Below the pieces are notes generated by a model. The model ran no database searches, had not been told where the DNA came from, and saw only the letters and a program-made list of their open reading frames with translations. Positions 17,029 through 27,740 of a stretch of 51,334 nt of DNA are shown here, piece after piece (positions within the stretch are counted from its first letter, which is position 1; every line of letters starts with the position of its first letter). The DNA comes from Verrucomicrobiota bacterium (lineage in GTDB: Bacteria > Verrucomicrobiota > Verrucomicrobiia > Limisphaerales > SXQI01). A program made the translations under genes and the position numbers. The stretch is from contig JANRLX010000020.1 of NCBI GenBank assembly GCA_033762115.1, forward strand, positions 1 to 51,334, in the 5' to 3' direction.

Positions 17029-20000
17029 CTAACGCCATCGTATCCTGTAAAAGCGCTCGGGTAAGGTGACGGCATTTTTATCCTCAAACTCTGCCTGTCC
17101 CTGAGAATCTGAACTGCCTTCGCCTATTTTAACCCAGGCACCCAATCCACTTTTGGCTTCAACTTCAAAAACACGGTTCCTAAATCCGTCAATTTCCAAT
17201 CTGCAGATTCCGTTCGCCCCTCGCTGAAGCGAGATAATTTTCGAAAATTGCCCAATTTCAATTTTTACCGCGGCCCGGCTTTGAGCTTTATCGGGATCCT
17301 CCACAGTGTAATAAAAAATATCCTCTCCGGTAAATCCGACAGGAGGATTATAAATGAGCGTTCCATCCTGCAACACGATCTTTCCTTCTTCTCCGCTTGT
17401 AGTATCCACCTCGATCAATTGCAATTCATTCGTGCTGTCAGGGTCGTAGTCATTGGCAAGCAACTGGTCAGCGCTGAGTTCCAATGCCACACCCGGATCA
17501 GTTGTGAACAAATCATCAATTGCCACTGGTGGCTGGTTGACCCGACGGATCGTCACTATTATAGAGTTCGTGGCGGTCGCCATTCCGTCTGAGACAATCA
17601 GTTGAACACTTCCTGTTCCATGTACGTTGGTGAGAGGGGTGATCGTAAGCGTATTTTCCGCGAGCAAAAAACTTCCCGCAGGAAACATGATGTGATTGGT
17701 AGTGGTTGCTGTCACGCTGAAGTCTGCCTCCAGGTTATCAGGATCAAAAATGGTCAACGGAATGAGGCCGCTACTCTGTCCCTGAACAATTTCAACGTTG
17801 GGAATTGCAGCAATGGCTGGAGGGTCGTTGACTGCCGCAATATTGATAAAAACAGTAGCTTGAGCAGAGAACAGAGAACCATCACCTACCCGGTAAGTAA
17901 GGGCATCCGTCCCTGAAAAATTCGTGCTGGGCAAATAAGACACATTGGGTGGAATGCCGATTAGAGAACCTTTTGAAGGAGTGGTAACTATTTCAAAAAA
18001 CAGGGGTGCTCCCTCAGGGTCTTGTCCATGCAAAGAAATCTGGGTGGCTTGATCTTCAGTTGTTTCAACGGCAAAGGAATCCGCAGTCGGTGAATCGTTG
18101 ACCGGCTGGACTGTCAGGATAAAGGAGCTTTGACTGTTTAGCGTTCCATCTGTTGCCACCACTGTAATCTCTGTGCTACCGGAAGCGTTTGGCATCGGAG
18201 TGATGGTCAAGGTACGATTTGCCCCCGATCCACCCAGGATAATATTCGATTGTGGAACCAGCGTGTCGACACTGGAAGAGACATTGACCTGAATTAAATT
18301 AGCGGGGGTTTGAGTATCAGTAACGGTGAACTGAAGAACCCCGGAATTCTGATCTTCTTGAATAGTGCGATTGATCAAACCTGAAATCACCGGGGCCGTG
18401 TTCACCAGGTGGTCACGCAACAGGACTGAAGCGGTAGCAGGACCTGACAACGAATAACCATTCCCTGGATTCAGTTTCATGACAATGGTTTCATCTCCTT
18501 CCTCCAGAGTGTCCGTGAGTGGATGGACAGTCACATCCAGCAATGCGTTGCCAGCCTGAAAAACCACTGATTGCAAATTACTGTAATCAATACCTGGTGT
18601 TGCTGTCCCTTGCATTTCAAATGAAACATTCAGCGAGGACGCCAATGATCCGGAACGCTGGAGACGAAAGACACCCACATCATTATTGGCCTCCGATGCA
18701 GATCCATCCAAAGCTGTAATCGATAACACGGATGGGTTGGGATCACCTCCTCCAGTGATCTTTAGAAAAACGCCAGGGCTGCCGTTCCAGAAGGAACCGC
18801 TTGCAGTCAGTTCCAATCGGACAGCACGCACCATGTAAGTGCCGGGGAGAAGGTTTGCCTGAGAATATGTCGTGGTGGAAATCGGTGCTGCTGTCAGCCT
18901 GGTGAATGGTCCGGCAGCGCTCGCTGCATGATAAACGTGATACATCGCTCCTCTTTCGGGAGAAGAGTCCCATGCGAGTTGCAACCCTGATCCACCCGTT
19001 TGCCTCAGTGATCGTGGCGGTGAGGCAGTATGCATTCGCAAAGTAGGATCACCCATCAGCGCGATGTGGACCTCGCCTGGTGACAGGTTGACATGGTTTT
19101 TGTAAAGGGTTCGATTGTTCTGCGCTATGCGTGTACTAAAACCGATTGTTTCCCCTAATCCCATATGGTGAAAGTACCAGTGCGGTAATCCCGCCCAGGC
19201 GACAGCTATTCCGTAGTTTGAGGAGGCAAGGGGCGCCCTTAAAAAATTGTTTTTGCTATTCCAATCACCGAAATAACTTCCGTGCAGCATATAGAAAAAC
19301 GACTTGGCAGCTCGCGTCGCAAAGTCATGTGTTGTTCCCACGCCGTCAGCTTTGGTGTAATCCCCTCCTCCGCAACCATAGGCCCAAAGAAAACTTTCCG
19401 CTCCCAAAGTGTCAAAAAAGCTGTCCGGGCCGATCTCCAGAATTTCTCCTGTCCCGAAAAAGACCGGAAAGGCCCGCCAGGCATCCACCGCTGGCGCATC
19501 GCCGTTCAAATCTCCAAAATTATCCCGAATCAATCCCCGGGGAACAGCAGTTACGATCCGATGTCGATAATTGCGGACCTTCATCAGGTAGGCGCGCAGC
19601 AACTCAATTTCGCTCTGCGCGAATTCAGGCATATTGGAAAGATCGACCCGGCCAACCTGAAGTTCGATTTCAGAGGGGAAAACAGATTGATCAAACTTTC
19701 CATCCCCGGGTACATTGTCATTAATTTCAGCTTCTGAATCGGTCTTGTTAACGAGATAATCCGTCCATTCTGAATTCATTTCACCGTAATAGGCGTCAGC
19801 AGGCCATGCACCCTGATGTCCAATATGCAAATCAGGATAAATCAGTCCGGAATAGGGAACTGGAATTCGACCAAGCAAATAAACCGCCTTAACTCCGGCT
19901 GGATCGGCTGTATACTCGTTTTGAATCAGCGCACGTACATTTCTTGGATTGTCCTGGCTCGAAACAGTTCGCCTGATCACCACCCAGCCTTCCGAAATCA

Positions 20001-20457
20001 AATCTTCCTCCAATAAGTGGATCTCAGTCGAAAGAGGGCCTGCCACACTCGATTCCACCAACAGGATCAACTTGCCTCGATAATCGGGCAAAGGAACAGC
20101 TTGTCCTGCATAAATATATCCATATGCCGTTACAGATCGCCCACTCGAAACATGAGTCGTTTCCGCTTCGATTTCATACTCAAAAGCTGAGCCGAGAGGA
20201 ACAGAATCAACAAATCCAACAGAGCCTTGCCCCAATGTTGCCAACGGGCGGCTCCATGCATTATCCATCAGTGCCTTCCGCCGAATCGTATATTTGCGGA
20301 CGGCAGAGTTGGCAGGCCACTTTAAATGAATTTGCGGCGGCGAAGCCACGACTGTTGCAGAAACAGTTACCGCATACTCGAGAGGGTTGATTGCCCACAC
20401 CACAGGACCTACTTGTAAAAGAACAGCCACTCCCAAAATCTGCATTACCCATCTCAT
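17029..20457 (-). CDS. Large secreted protein: FN3-like + C25-like alpha/beta domain + Calx-beta + cadherin/Ig-like repeats
   Basis: Signal peptide; YLLGRIPVPY...DAYY...QVGRVD; Calx-beta (DTLEEGDETIV); VNDSP/VNDPP/VNQPPVAIDD repeats; C-terminal RFYRIR. Start placed at ATG 20457. Confidence 0.8.
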   Translation of the reverse strand: MRWVMQILGVAVLLQVGPVVWAINPLEYAVTVSATVVASPPQIHLKWPANSAVRKYTIRRKALMDNAWSRPLATLGQGSVGFVDSVPLGSAFEYEIEAETTHVSSGRSVTAYGYIYAGQAVPLPDYRGKLILLVESSVAGPLSTEIHLLEEDLISEGWVVIRRTVSSQDNPRNVRALIQNEYTADPAGVKAVYLLGRIPVPYSGLIYPDLHIGHQGAWPADAYYGEMNSEWTDYLVNKTDSEAEINDNVPGDGKFDQSVFPSEIELQVGRVDLSNMPEFAQSEIELLRAYLMKVRNYRHRIVTAVPRGLIRDNFGDLNGDAPAVDAWRAFPVFFGTGEILEIGPDSFFDTLGAESFLWAYGCGGGDYTKADGVGTTHDFATRAAKSFFYMLHGSYFGDWNSKNNFLRAPLASSNYGIAVAWAGLPHWYFHHMGLGETIGFSTRIAQNNRTLYKNHVNLSPGEVHIALMGDPTLRMHTASPPRSLRQTGGSGLQLAWDSSPERGAMYHVYHAASAAGPFTRLTAAPISTTTYSQANLLPGTYMVRAVRLELTASGSFWNGSPGVFLKITGGGDPNPSVLSITALDGSASEANNDVGVFRLQRSGSLASSLNVSFEMQGTATPGIDYSNLQSVVFQAGNALLDVTVHPLTDTLEEGDETIVMKLNPGNGYSLSGPATASVLLRDHLVNTAPVISGLINRTIQEDQNSGVLQFTVTDTQTPANLIQVNVSSSVDTLVPQSNIILGGSGANRTLTITPMPNASGSTEITVVATDGTLNSQSSFILTVQPVNDSPTADSFAVETTEDQATQISLHGQDPEGAPLFFEIVTTPSKGSLIGIPPNVSYLPSTNFSGTDALTYRVGDGSLFSAQATVFINIAAVNDPPAIAAIPNVEIVQGQSSGLIPLTIFDPDNLEADFSVTATTTNHIMFPAGSFLLAENTLTITPLTNVHGTGSVQLIVSDGMATATNSIIVTIRRVNQPPVAIDDLFTTDPGVALELSADQLLANDYDPDSTNELQLIEVDTTSGEEGKIVLQDGTLIYNPPVGFTGEDIFYYTVEDPDKAQSRAAVKIEIGQFSKIISLQRGANGICRLEIDGFRNRVFEVEAKSGLGAWVKIGEGSSDSQGQAEFEDKNAVTLPERFYRIRWR

Positions 20458-20683
20458 TTTAATTATGATCCAGATCAATGAGTAGGCATTGTTATCGCAG
20501 AAACCGACGAGGTGCTATCAGCACAGACCTGAAAGGAATGGGGAAATTTCCATTATCATGTTATCCGACTGGCAGAAATTGAAGTTCACAAGCTTTTGGT
20601 CATCGTTTCACCGGCGGGACAATGGGAAATCCATACTAATTTCAAAGCGAGGTTAGCTCAGGAATATTGAACAAGGAGCTGCT

Positions 20684-21484
20684 ATGGAAGAAACTAGAGT
20701 GAATTTTACGCACGGAGTGGAACAGGCATGGGCGAATTTCATGACCTTCATGCCAAAATTATTGCTGTTCGCAGGGATACTGTTGCTCGGCTATTGGGGG
20801 TGTAAAATCATTGCACGTCTCTTTGATCGTGTTCTTGAACGGGTTGGTTTTGATCGTCTCGTGGAACGAGGAGGGATTAAAAGTGCGCTCGCAAAAACTC
20901 GTTACGACGCAAGTGATCTTTTAAGCAAGTTGCTGTTCTACACTGCCTTCCTCTTTGTATTGCAGCTGGCTTTTGGCGTCTTTGGGCCGAATCCAGTCAG
21001 CGATCTTTTGACCCGCGTGATTGCGTTCTTGCCAAGCATCTTCGTCGCAATCGTGATTGTGGTTATCGCGTCCGCTATTGCCAAGGGAGTTAAGGATATC
21101 CTCAGCGCTACTCTTGGCGGCCTCAGCTACGGTCGAATTGTTGCCAATATTGCCTCACTCACCATTTTAATTATTGGCATTTTCGCAGCCTTAAATCAGG
21201 TGGGAATCGCTCCCGCAATCGTGAATGGCCTGTTTTACGCCATGCTTGCAATCGTTGTGGGTTCTTCAGTTATCGCCATCGGGGGAGGTGGAATCCAACC
21301 GATGCGCGCGCAATGGGAAAAAGCAATCAGCAGGATGCATGCTGAAGCGCCTCGTATCCGGGAACAGATGGAGCAAGCCCCGCAACGCGCCCAGGAAACC
21401 GCGGAACAGTACAGAAGCAGGTTGCAAACTGCAGGTAACGGACAGTCAGCGCCTGAACCGCGGCCTTACGCTCAGCAGAACTAA
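20684..21484 (+). CDS. CmpX-like / mechanosensitive-channel TM-helix repeat membrane protein
   Basis: Two repeats FMPKLL.../FLPSIFVAI..., AALNQVGIA, AIGGGGI; RBS AAGGAG upstream. Confidence 0.8.
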   Translation: MEETRVNFTHGVEQAWANFMTFMPKLLLFAGILLLGYWGCKIIARLFDRVLERVGFDRLVERGGIKSALAKTRYDASDLLSKLLFYTAFLFVLQLAFGVFGPNPVSDLLTRVIAFLPSIFVAIVIVVIASAIAKGVKDILSATLGGLSYGRIVANIASLTILIIGIFAALNQVGIAPAIVNGLFYAMLAIVVGSSVIAIGGGGIQPMRAQWEKAISRMHAEAPRIREQMEQAPQRAQETAEQYRSRLQTAGNGQSAPEPRPYAQQN

Positions 21485-21500
21485 ACAAATTGATTCTCAG

Positions 21501-21526
21501 GTCCCCGCTTCGGCGGGGATTTCTTA
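21501..21526 (+). terminator. Intrinsic terminator with cUUCGg tetraloop between convergent genes
   Basis: TCCCCGC-TTCG-GCGGGGA followed by TTTCTT. Confidence 0.75.
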
Positions 21527-24500
21527 TTCTTCAACAGAGGCATCCAGCAGACGAAAGAATTCCCCGGCTGCCTGTTGAGAAATCGGGATTGACAAATTCA
21601 GTGATGCACCGCTGTTGGTTGAAACAGGCAGCCACTGACTTAAATTCGTAGAGCGCTCCAGAATATAATTGCGATCTGGCAGACCTTCAGCGGTAAAGAG
21701 AAACATTCCATTACTGCGTTGCACGCTGGCAGTATCGATCCGGGGTGGGCGAAAAAAGCGAAGATCAAATCTAATCACACCAGCCGGTGAAGCTGTCCTT
21801 CCGTCGATTTGAATCTGGTATTGCTGACCTGAGTCAACATCGAAATTTACTTCACTTTCCAAAATTTGCCCTCTCAGGATATCATCATGCGCCGTTAGAT
21901 AAACAAGGTTGGTGAGGCGATCGCCCGTGTAGATACCGACCGAGGTGTCGAACGAACTCCCTCTCGTTGAGATTTTAACTCGACCATTCGTTGGGGCGGT
22001 CCATGAGAACCAAACGGTGTTATCCGCAAAATCCGTTTCGATCTGATTCACGCCATTGGTAAAAATAAGCTGCGGCTCTCCGGTTTCATGAGTGGCACCC
22101 ACATTGGAAGAAGTGAAATTAGTGCTATAACCATTAAGGATGGTTCGATTCGCAAACTCATCGTTTGGCGGTGGGTCTCCAGGAAATAAACTTAACTGAA
22201 CTTTGCCTGTTTCACCGAAAATTGCATCGACAGCGATCATGTATTCAGTCCCGGCAACGGCTTCAAAAGTCAGTTCACTGTAGTTCACACCGGCCAGCGC
22301 ATTGTCATTGCTTTTGATTTCGAGAAGGTTTGCAGGATCGGGGCCGGTATAAATTCCCAATAATGTATTGATCGCAGAACCCGCTGTGCTGACTGTTACT
22401 TTCGAAGTTGAAGGCGCCACCCATCGCCACCAAAGACTTCTTCCACCATTATTTCCAGCATGGGCAGGTTCGCGAAGTTCATGGGTGGCATTCTCGTTTG
22501 TCGTTGTTATTGATACCGGAAAAGAAGCAATGAGTTGGGCGTTGGCAAAGAAATCATTAACCGGCTCCGAAAATGTTAACGAAAGATTCAGGTCGCTGCT
22601 TGCCCCATTGATCCCATCGACTGAAATGAAATAGGTGAGGCCTGAAGTCACTGCTGTGAACACCTGGGTTCCCTCCTGCTCATCTCCGGTAAAACTTGCG
22701 GACGCCAGCAGATTGGATGAAGCAAAAAAAGTCCCTGAAAAAATTGACACGGCACTGTTTCGGAGTCCATGCACCGAGGCTTTTAACATTCCGTTGGCCG
22801 GGGCAACCCACCTGAACCAGACAGTTTTGCCAGAGCCATTTTGCGCCAGAAACTCATCCGGCTGGGCGGTTGCATTGCTGTTATTGGCAAAGTACCCGGC
22901 GCGAGGCCCAACTAAAAGCGGAGCCTCGTTGTAATTATCCGGTGCAGGCGTTTTGTTTTTTGGAAAACGTGCAAAAAATGCATCAGAAACATTGCCTGCA
23001 AATTCATGCTGCCAGGCATTCGTCGTGGTTGGGAGCCAGGGAGCAAAGAATGAATTTCCAGAACTACCGGTTAAATAAATGTTCTCCTCATCGTCCAGGG
23101 CAATGCCTCGAACTGAATCATAATTGGAGGCACCGAACACTCTTGATTCAAGCAATTGACCGGAAGCGGGATCGATTCTCGCATAGAAAGCGTCGGTCTG
23201 TCCGTATCGCGGCGTTAAAAAATTGCCAAATTGGATTCCTTCTCCGCTCGTGGTTCCGGCGACATGGATCTCGCCATTCAGGCCGACTGCAAGCGCTCCA
23301 TCAATCCAGGCAATGTAAGTTGGTTCCTGTGGTTCGCCATCAAGCAGGTATTGGCCGACATAGTATGAATAATCAAGAATGGTGCTCTCCGGACCTCCAA
23401 TAAACGTGCTATATTCCAGGTTCAGCCAATTGGAACTTAACCTCATAACAAAAAAATCATTTTCTCCACGCAGGTCTTGCTGCAATGCATTGGTGGACAG
23501 GGGAAATTGAGCTGATGAAGTTTCGCCAAAAAGGTAAAGACGATCTTCACTGTCCAATGCGAGCGCTGCCACCATCTCACGATCAGTCCCTCCCAAAAAC
23601 AACAAACGTTCGATCTCAGTGCCTAGATCGTTCAGCCTCACAACAAACCCATCTCTGTTTCCCCCTGCCCCTTGTCGGATTGGTGAAGAAGAATTCGCCC
23701 AATCACCAGCTGAAGTGCTCCCGGCGATGACAGGTCTGCCGAGGGAATCCAGGGCGAGGCCGTTCGCCAATTCGCTTCCGCTACCGCCAATGTAAGTCGA
23801 AAAAATGAGAGAACCACCAGATGGAGCAATCCTTGCGAGGAAAGCATCGAAACGGCCCGCCAGTGCGGGTTGAAAGGCACCGGCTGTGGTGGGGAAATTC
23901 GTGGAAGTTGTCATTCCGGTCACATAAACTGAGCCGTCAGGCGCCACTTTTATCCCGCGACCCAACTCCAGATCGTTTCCCCCAAGGAACAGAGCCCAGA
24001 GCACATTGGTGCCTTCCGGGTTAATCTTTGCAACTACCAGATCGTTTTCGCCACCTGCGCGTGCGTTGTCTGGCAAGGTTGGAAAACTGCCAGCTTCACC
24101 CAGAATGTAGGCATGACCGCTGTCATCCACATCCAGGGCGCGAGCCGCGAATGAATTGATAAAAAGACTGTAGACCAAATCTCCACTCGAAGAAAATTTT
24201 GCCACAAATGAGCCGAAACCGGGTGATCCCAGCGAAGCTGTCACGGGCAAATCTTCTGCCGAACTTCCACCGAGCAAATAAATATTTCCGTTGTTATCAG
24301 TCGCGATGTCCACGGCTGATTCATCAGTGTAGCCGCTTCCATTGCCTCCAAAATATGAAATAAGCGTTGGCAGCGGAGCGGGCATGATCACTGTTTGAAA
24401 AGTGAAAGTGTTGTTTGCGAGCAGCACCTCCGGTTCGGATGAGGACACTCCTGAATGATTTGCAAACGATCCGGAATTCAGCGCCCGGGCCTGTATTGTC

Positions 24501-24829
24501 ATGGTCATCTTCTGCCCTGGGAAAATGACAGGCATGGTTGTAACGAGCGTCTGCCCATTCCGGGTAACCGGCCCGACACTTGAACTGGCGCTTACGAACT
24601 CGAACTCATTCGCCAGCCTGTTGGAAATAACAATATCACTGCCTTCACCCGTGCCTATGTTAGTGACCGAGATACTGAAAGTGACCAGTTCACCTACTGA
24701 AACTGTGGAGGGTGATGAGGTGGCACCAATGGCTAAATTCAATCCTGCATGGCCAAATGAGTGACGGGAGCTCACCACCAAAATCAACAACACAAAAGAA
24801 ATGGCGAGGAATCGAAATTGTTTGTTCAT
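21524..24829 (-). CDS. Large secreted protein: DUF11 + SBBP beta-propeller + three ND-x-FA-N beta modules
   Basis: Signal peptide; VSVGELVTFSISVTNIG (DUF11); repeats YVTGMTTSTNFP / STYIGGSGSE (SBBP); PDNYNEA/PVNDFFANA/PPNDEFANR repeats with W-F/W-x-W-x-AP; C-terminal EFFRL. Confidence 0.85.
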   Translation of the reverse strand: MNKQFRFLAISFVLLILVVSSRHSFGHAGLNLAIGATSSPSTVSVGELVTFSISVTNIGTGEGSDIVISNRLANEFEFVSASSSVGPVTRNGQTLVTTMPVIFPGQKMTMTIQARALNSGSFANHSGVSSSEPEVLLANNTFTFQTVIMPAPLPTLISYFGGNGSGYTDESAVDIATDNNGNIYLLGGSSAEDLPVTASLGSPGFGSFVAKFSSSGDLVYSLFINSFAARALDVDDSGHAYILGEAGSFPTLPDNARAGGENDLVVAKINPEGTNVLWALFLGGNDLELGRGIKVAPDGSVYVTGMTTSTNFPTTAGAFQPALAGRFDAFLARIAPSGGSLIFSTYIGGSGSELANGLALDSLGRPVIAGSTSAGDWANSSSPIRQGAGGNRDGFVVRLNDLGTEIERLLFLGGTDREMVAALALDSEDRLYLFGETSSAQFPLSTNALQQDLRGENDFFVMRLSSNWLNLEYSTFIGGPESTILDYSYYVGQYLLDGEPQEPTYIAWIDGALAVGLNGEIHVAGTTSGEGIQFGNFLTPRYGQTDAFYARIDPASGQLLESRVFGASNYDSVRGIALDDEENIYLTGSSGNSFFAPWLPTTTNAWQHEFAGNVSDAFFARFPKNKTPAPDNYNEAPLLVGPRAGYFANNSNATAQPDEFLAQNGSGKTVWFRWVAPANGMLKASVHGLRNSAVSIFSGTFFASSNLLASASFTGDEQEGTQVFTAVTSGLTYFISVDGINGASSDLNLSLTFSEPVNDFFANAQLIASFPVSITTTNENATHELREPAHAGNNGGRSLWWRWVAPSTSKVTVSTAGSAINTLLGIYTGPDPANLLEIKSNDNALAGVNYSELTFEAVAGTEYMIAVDAIFGETGKVQLSLFPGDPPPNDEFANRTILNGYSTNFTSSNVGATHETGEPQLIFTNGVNQIETDFADNTVWFSWTAPTNGRVKISTRGSSFDTSVGIYTGDRLTNLVYLTAHDDILRGQILESEVNFDVDSGQQYQIQIDGRTASPAGVIRFDLRFFRPPRIDTASVQRSNGMFLFTAEGLPDRNYILERSTNLSQWLPVSTNSGASLNLSIPISQQAAGEFFRLLDASVEE

Positions 24830-24852
24830 GCGGGAACTTATTCAGTCCAGCA

Positions 24853-26877
24853 TCAACTCTCATCATTGGCGCTTAATTTGGCGAGAACATTCAAATCCTC
24901 CAGAGTTGTGGTGTCTCCCTTGATCTCTCCGCCTGCGGCAACCTGCTTCAGCAATCGTCGCATGATCTTGCCTGACCTGGTTTTTGGCAAAGCTTCCGCA
25001 AACCGAATATCGTCCGGCTTGGCCACAGGGCCGATTTCCTTGGCCACATGCCTCCTTAATTCCTCCCGCAGGGCATCCATGGCCAACACGCCGCTTTTGA
25101 GCGTCACGAAAGCAACCAGCGCCTGTCCCTTTAATTCATCCGGTCGCCCCACAACCGCAGCTTCAGCGACTTTCGGATGACTGACCAGTGCGCTTTCCAC
25201 TTCCGCTGTTCCGATTCGATGACCCGCCACGTTCAAGACATCATCTATCCGTCCCACGATCCAGAAATAGCCATCCTTATCCTGGCGACAACCGTCTCCT
25301 GTAAAATAACTTCCCGGCACCTCGCTCCAGTAGACTTCCTTGAAACGGGCCGGATCGCCCCAGATTCCTCGCAACATCCCTGGCCAGGGCTTCCGGATGA
25401 CCAGCTTTCCACCCGAATTTTTTGGGACAGCATCTCCCTTGTCGTCGACCACCTCCGGGACAATCCCGAAAAACGGGAGCGTGGCGGAACCCGGTTTGGT
25501 CGGTGTTGCTCCCGGCAAGGGGGTGATCATGATTCCTCCGGTTTCTGTCTGCCACCAGGTGTCCACGATTGGGCAACGTTTTCCGCCGATCACTTCGTGA
25601 TACCAGATCCACGCCTCAGGATTGATCGGTTCGCCTACTGAGCCCAACAGCCGCAGGCTGGTGAGGTTATGCTTCCGAGGCCATTCCACCCCCCATTTCA
25701 TAAATGCCCGGATGGCAGTGGGCGCGGTGTAAAGCACTGAAACCTGGTATTTGGAAACAATTTTCCAGAACCGGTCCGGTTCTGGAAAATTTGGGGCGCC
25801 TTCATACATCAAGGTGGTGGCCCCATTGGCCAATGGGCCATAAACCACATAACTGTGGCCGGTGACCCACCCAACATCAGCGGTGCACCAATAGACGTCA
25901 CTATCGCGAAGATCAAAGACATATTTCGAGGTCATCTTCGCTCCAAGAAGGTAGCCTCCGGTGGTATGAAAAATCCCTTTCGGTTTCCCGGTGGAACCAC
26001 TGGTGTAAAGAATGAACAAGGGCGCTTCGCTGTCCATCTTTTCAGCGGGACAAACTGCGTTCACATACTCAAGCTCACGGTGCCACCACACGTCCCGGCC
26101 CGCTTCGATGTGAATTTCCTGCCCGGTCCGTCGCAGAACGATCACCTTCTCGATACTTTTCGCGAGCAACATTCCCTGGGCATCCCGGATCGCCAGCGCA
26201 TCATCCACATTCTTTTTTAATGGAACAACCGCTCCCCGCCGATAACCCCCATCAGCTGTGATGACCATCTTTGCCCCGCAATCCTGAATCCGATCCGCCA
26301 CCGATTGCGCACTGAAACCGCCAAAAACCACCGAATGCACCGCACCGATCCTGGCGCAGGCAAGCATGGCCACAGCTGCTTCCGGGACCATTGGCAAGTA
26401 GATGATCACCCGGTCGCCCTTGCTGATTCCATTTTTCTTCAGCACGTTGGCAAATTCGCAAACTTCCCGGTGAAGCTGCTGATAGGTCAATGTCCGCTCC
26501 TCACTGGGCTTGCCCGGGCCTGCCGGTTCCCCTTCCCAGATAATTGCCGCCTTGTTTGTCGTTGGCGTGCCCAGATGACGATCCAGGCAGTTGAAGCTGA
26601 CGTTTAATTGCCCACCGATAAACCATTTTGCATTGGGAGCTTTCCATTGCAACACCTTGCTCCATGGCTTGAACCAAACCAGTTCCTTCTCAGCCTGTTC
26701 AGCCCAAAACTCTTCCGGCGCTTCGACCGAACGCCGGTATAATTTCCGATACTCTCCCATCGATTTAATGTGGGCTTTGCGAGAAAACTCAGGCGAAGGT
26801 TGAAATACCCGCTCCTCCTGCAACATTGAAGTGATGTTCTGTTGCTTGACAGGCTTTGCCACTGGTTTGCGACTCAT
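24853..26877 (-). CDS. acs: Acetyl-CoA synthetase (acetate--CoA ligase)
   Basis: [48 protein letters not shown]. Start placed at ATG 26877. Confidence 0.97.
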   Translation of the reverse strand: MSRKPVAKPVKQQNITSMLQEERVFQPSPEFSRKAHIKSMGEYRKLYRRSVEAPEEFWAEQAEKELVWFKPWSKVLQWKAPNAKWFIGGQLNVSFNCLDRHLGTPTTNKAAIIWEGEPAGPGKPSEERTLTYQQLHREVCEFANVLKKNGISKGDRVIIYLPMVPEAAVAMLACARIGAVHSVVFGGFSAQSVADRIQDCGAKMVITADGGYRRGAVVPLKKNVDDALAIRDAQGMLLAKSIEKVIVLRRTGQEIHIEAGRDVWWHRELEYVNAVCPAEKMDSEAPLFILYTSGSTGKPKGIFHTTGGYLLGAKMTSKYVFDLRDSDVYWCTADVGWVTGHSYVVYGPLANGATTLMYEGAPNFPEPDRFWKIVSKYQVSVLYTAPTAIRAFMKWGVEWPRKHNLTSLRLLGSVGEPINPEAWIWYHEVIGGKRCPIVDTWWQTETGGIMITPLPGATPTKPGSATLPFFGIVPEVVDDKGDAVPKNSGGKLVIRKPWPGMLRGIWGDPARFKEVYWSEVPGSYFTGDGCRQDKDGYFWIVGRIDDVLNVAGHRIGTAEVESALVSHPKVAEAAVVGRPDELKGQALVAFVTLKSGVLAMDALREELRRHVAKEIGPVAKPDDIRFAEALPKTRSGKIMRRLLKQVAAGGEIKGDTTTLEDLNVLAKLSANDES

Positions 26878-27083
26878 ATCAATTTGTGGGCTGTTTAAGG
26901 CCATCTCATAAATTGGGTCGCACCGCATTGCAAGGGTTTTGCGCCGTTCGTGCGATGTTCAATGCTGAAACAAAGACTTCTCCTGCCAAAGATCCCCCAC
27001 AAAAGAGAGAACTTGAACACTCACTTGCGAAATGGAACCGCTCTGGTGTATTTTCCGCCTCCACCCATCGCCTCGGGTCCTTT

Positions 27084-27171
27084 GCCGGTGTGGCGAAATG
27101 GCAGACGCACAGGACTTAAAATCCTGGGAGGATAACACCTCGTGTCGGTTCGAGTCCGACCACCGGCACCA
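27084..27171 (+). tRNA. tRNA-Leu (anticodon TAA), CCA encoded
   Basis: GCCGGTG acceptor, TGGCGAAATGGCAGACGC D arm, CAGGA-CTTAAAA-TCCTG anticodon arm, long variable arm, GTTCGAGTCC, CACCGGCACCA. Confidence 0.97.
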
Positions 27172-27172
27172 A
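27148..27172 (+). repeat. attL-like direct repeat (tRNA 3' end)
   Basis: GTTCGAGTCCGACCACCGGCACCAA. Confidence 0.9.
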
Positions 27173-27424
27173 ACCGAAAGAATTGGTGTGCAGCGAATTC
27201 CGCTCTCTTCAGGCCCGACGCCAGCAAAACTCCCAGCACTTTTGGAATCGGAGAAATTCACTGAGAAATTTGAATTACTCGGGCACGACTTGCTGAAACG
27301 CAATTGACCGTGCGTTCGGTGTAGCTGTTATCCGACAACAATCTCGGGCGGGGTGAATTCGCTGGAGGTCGGCGGCAGGTGTCGTAGCCCCCCGCGGACT
27401 TGCCGTGCACTTCCATGACGCTTG

Positions 27425-27530
27425 CGGACTCACCAGGGCCATGCCTTGCGTGAGCAATATTTTCAATCTCGCTTCCAACGACCTTGCCGATCGCAAGGTC
27501 GCCTTCGCCGCGTCCCGTGGAAATAAGCAT
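27425..27530 (-). pseudogene. Fragment resembling a Ca2+/Na+ antiporter (YrbG-like alpha repeat)
   Basis: GEGDLAIGKVVGSEIENI, then after a frameshift LLTQGMALVSPQ; resembles GxxDxAxGNVVGSNIFNILLxLGxxALVxP. Confidence 0.45.
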
Positions 27531-27712
27531 TACCATCGCCAGGCTTCTTCTTTACCTGTTTCGTTGTTCAGAATGAAATAGGTGCGTCAAAATACATTCT
27601 TGGATTATTTTTGACAGCCTGCTTTCAAATCGCCACTCCGAGTAAGTCCGATGAATTGGCAGGTGTGGCGGTTTTGTTGGGCTTTTCGCGTTTTTATCCG
27701 CGGGTCGATGAC

Positions 27713-27728
27713 TGGCATTTACTATGCT
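27713..27728 (+). promoter_or_regulatory. Sigma54 -24/-12 promoter of the island operon
   Basis: TGGCATTTACTATGCT, exact GG-N10-GC spacing, upstream of a nitrogen-scavenging operon. Confidence 0.7.
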
Positions 27729-27740
27729 GACAGTGATCAA

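Noticed and set aside
26950..27307. Several short ORFs on both strands around 27.0-27.3 kb
   Set aside because: They overlap the tRNA-Leu gene and its promoter region; not credible proteins.
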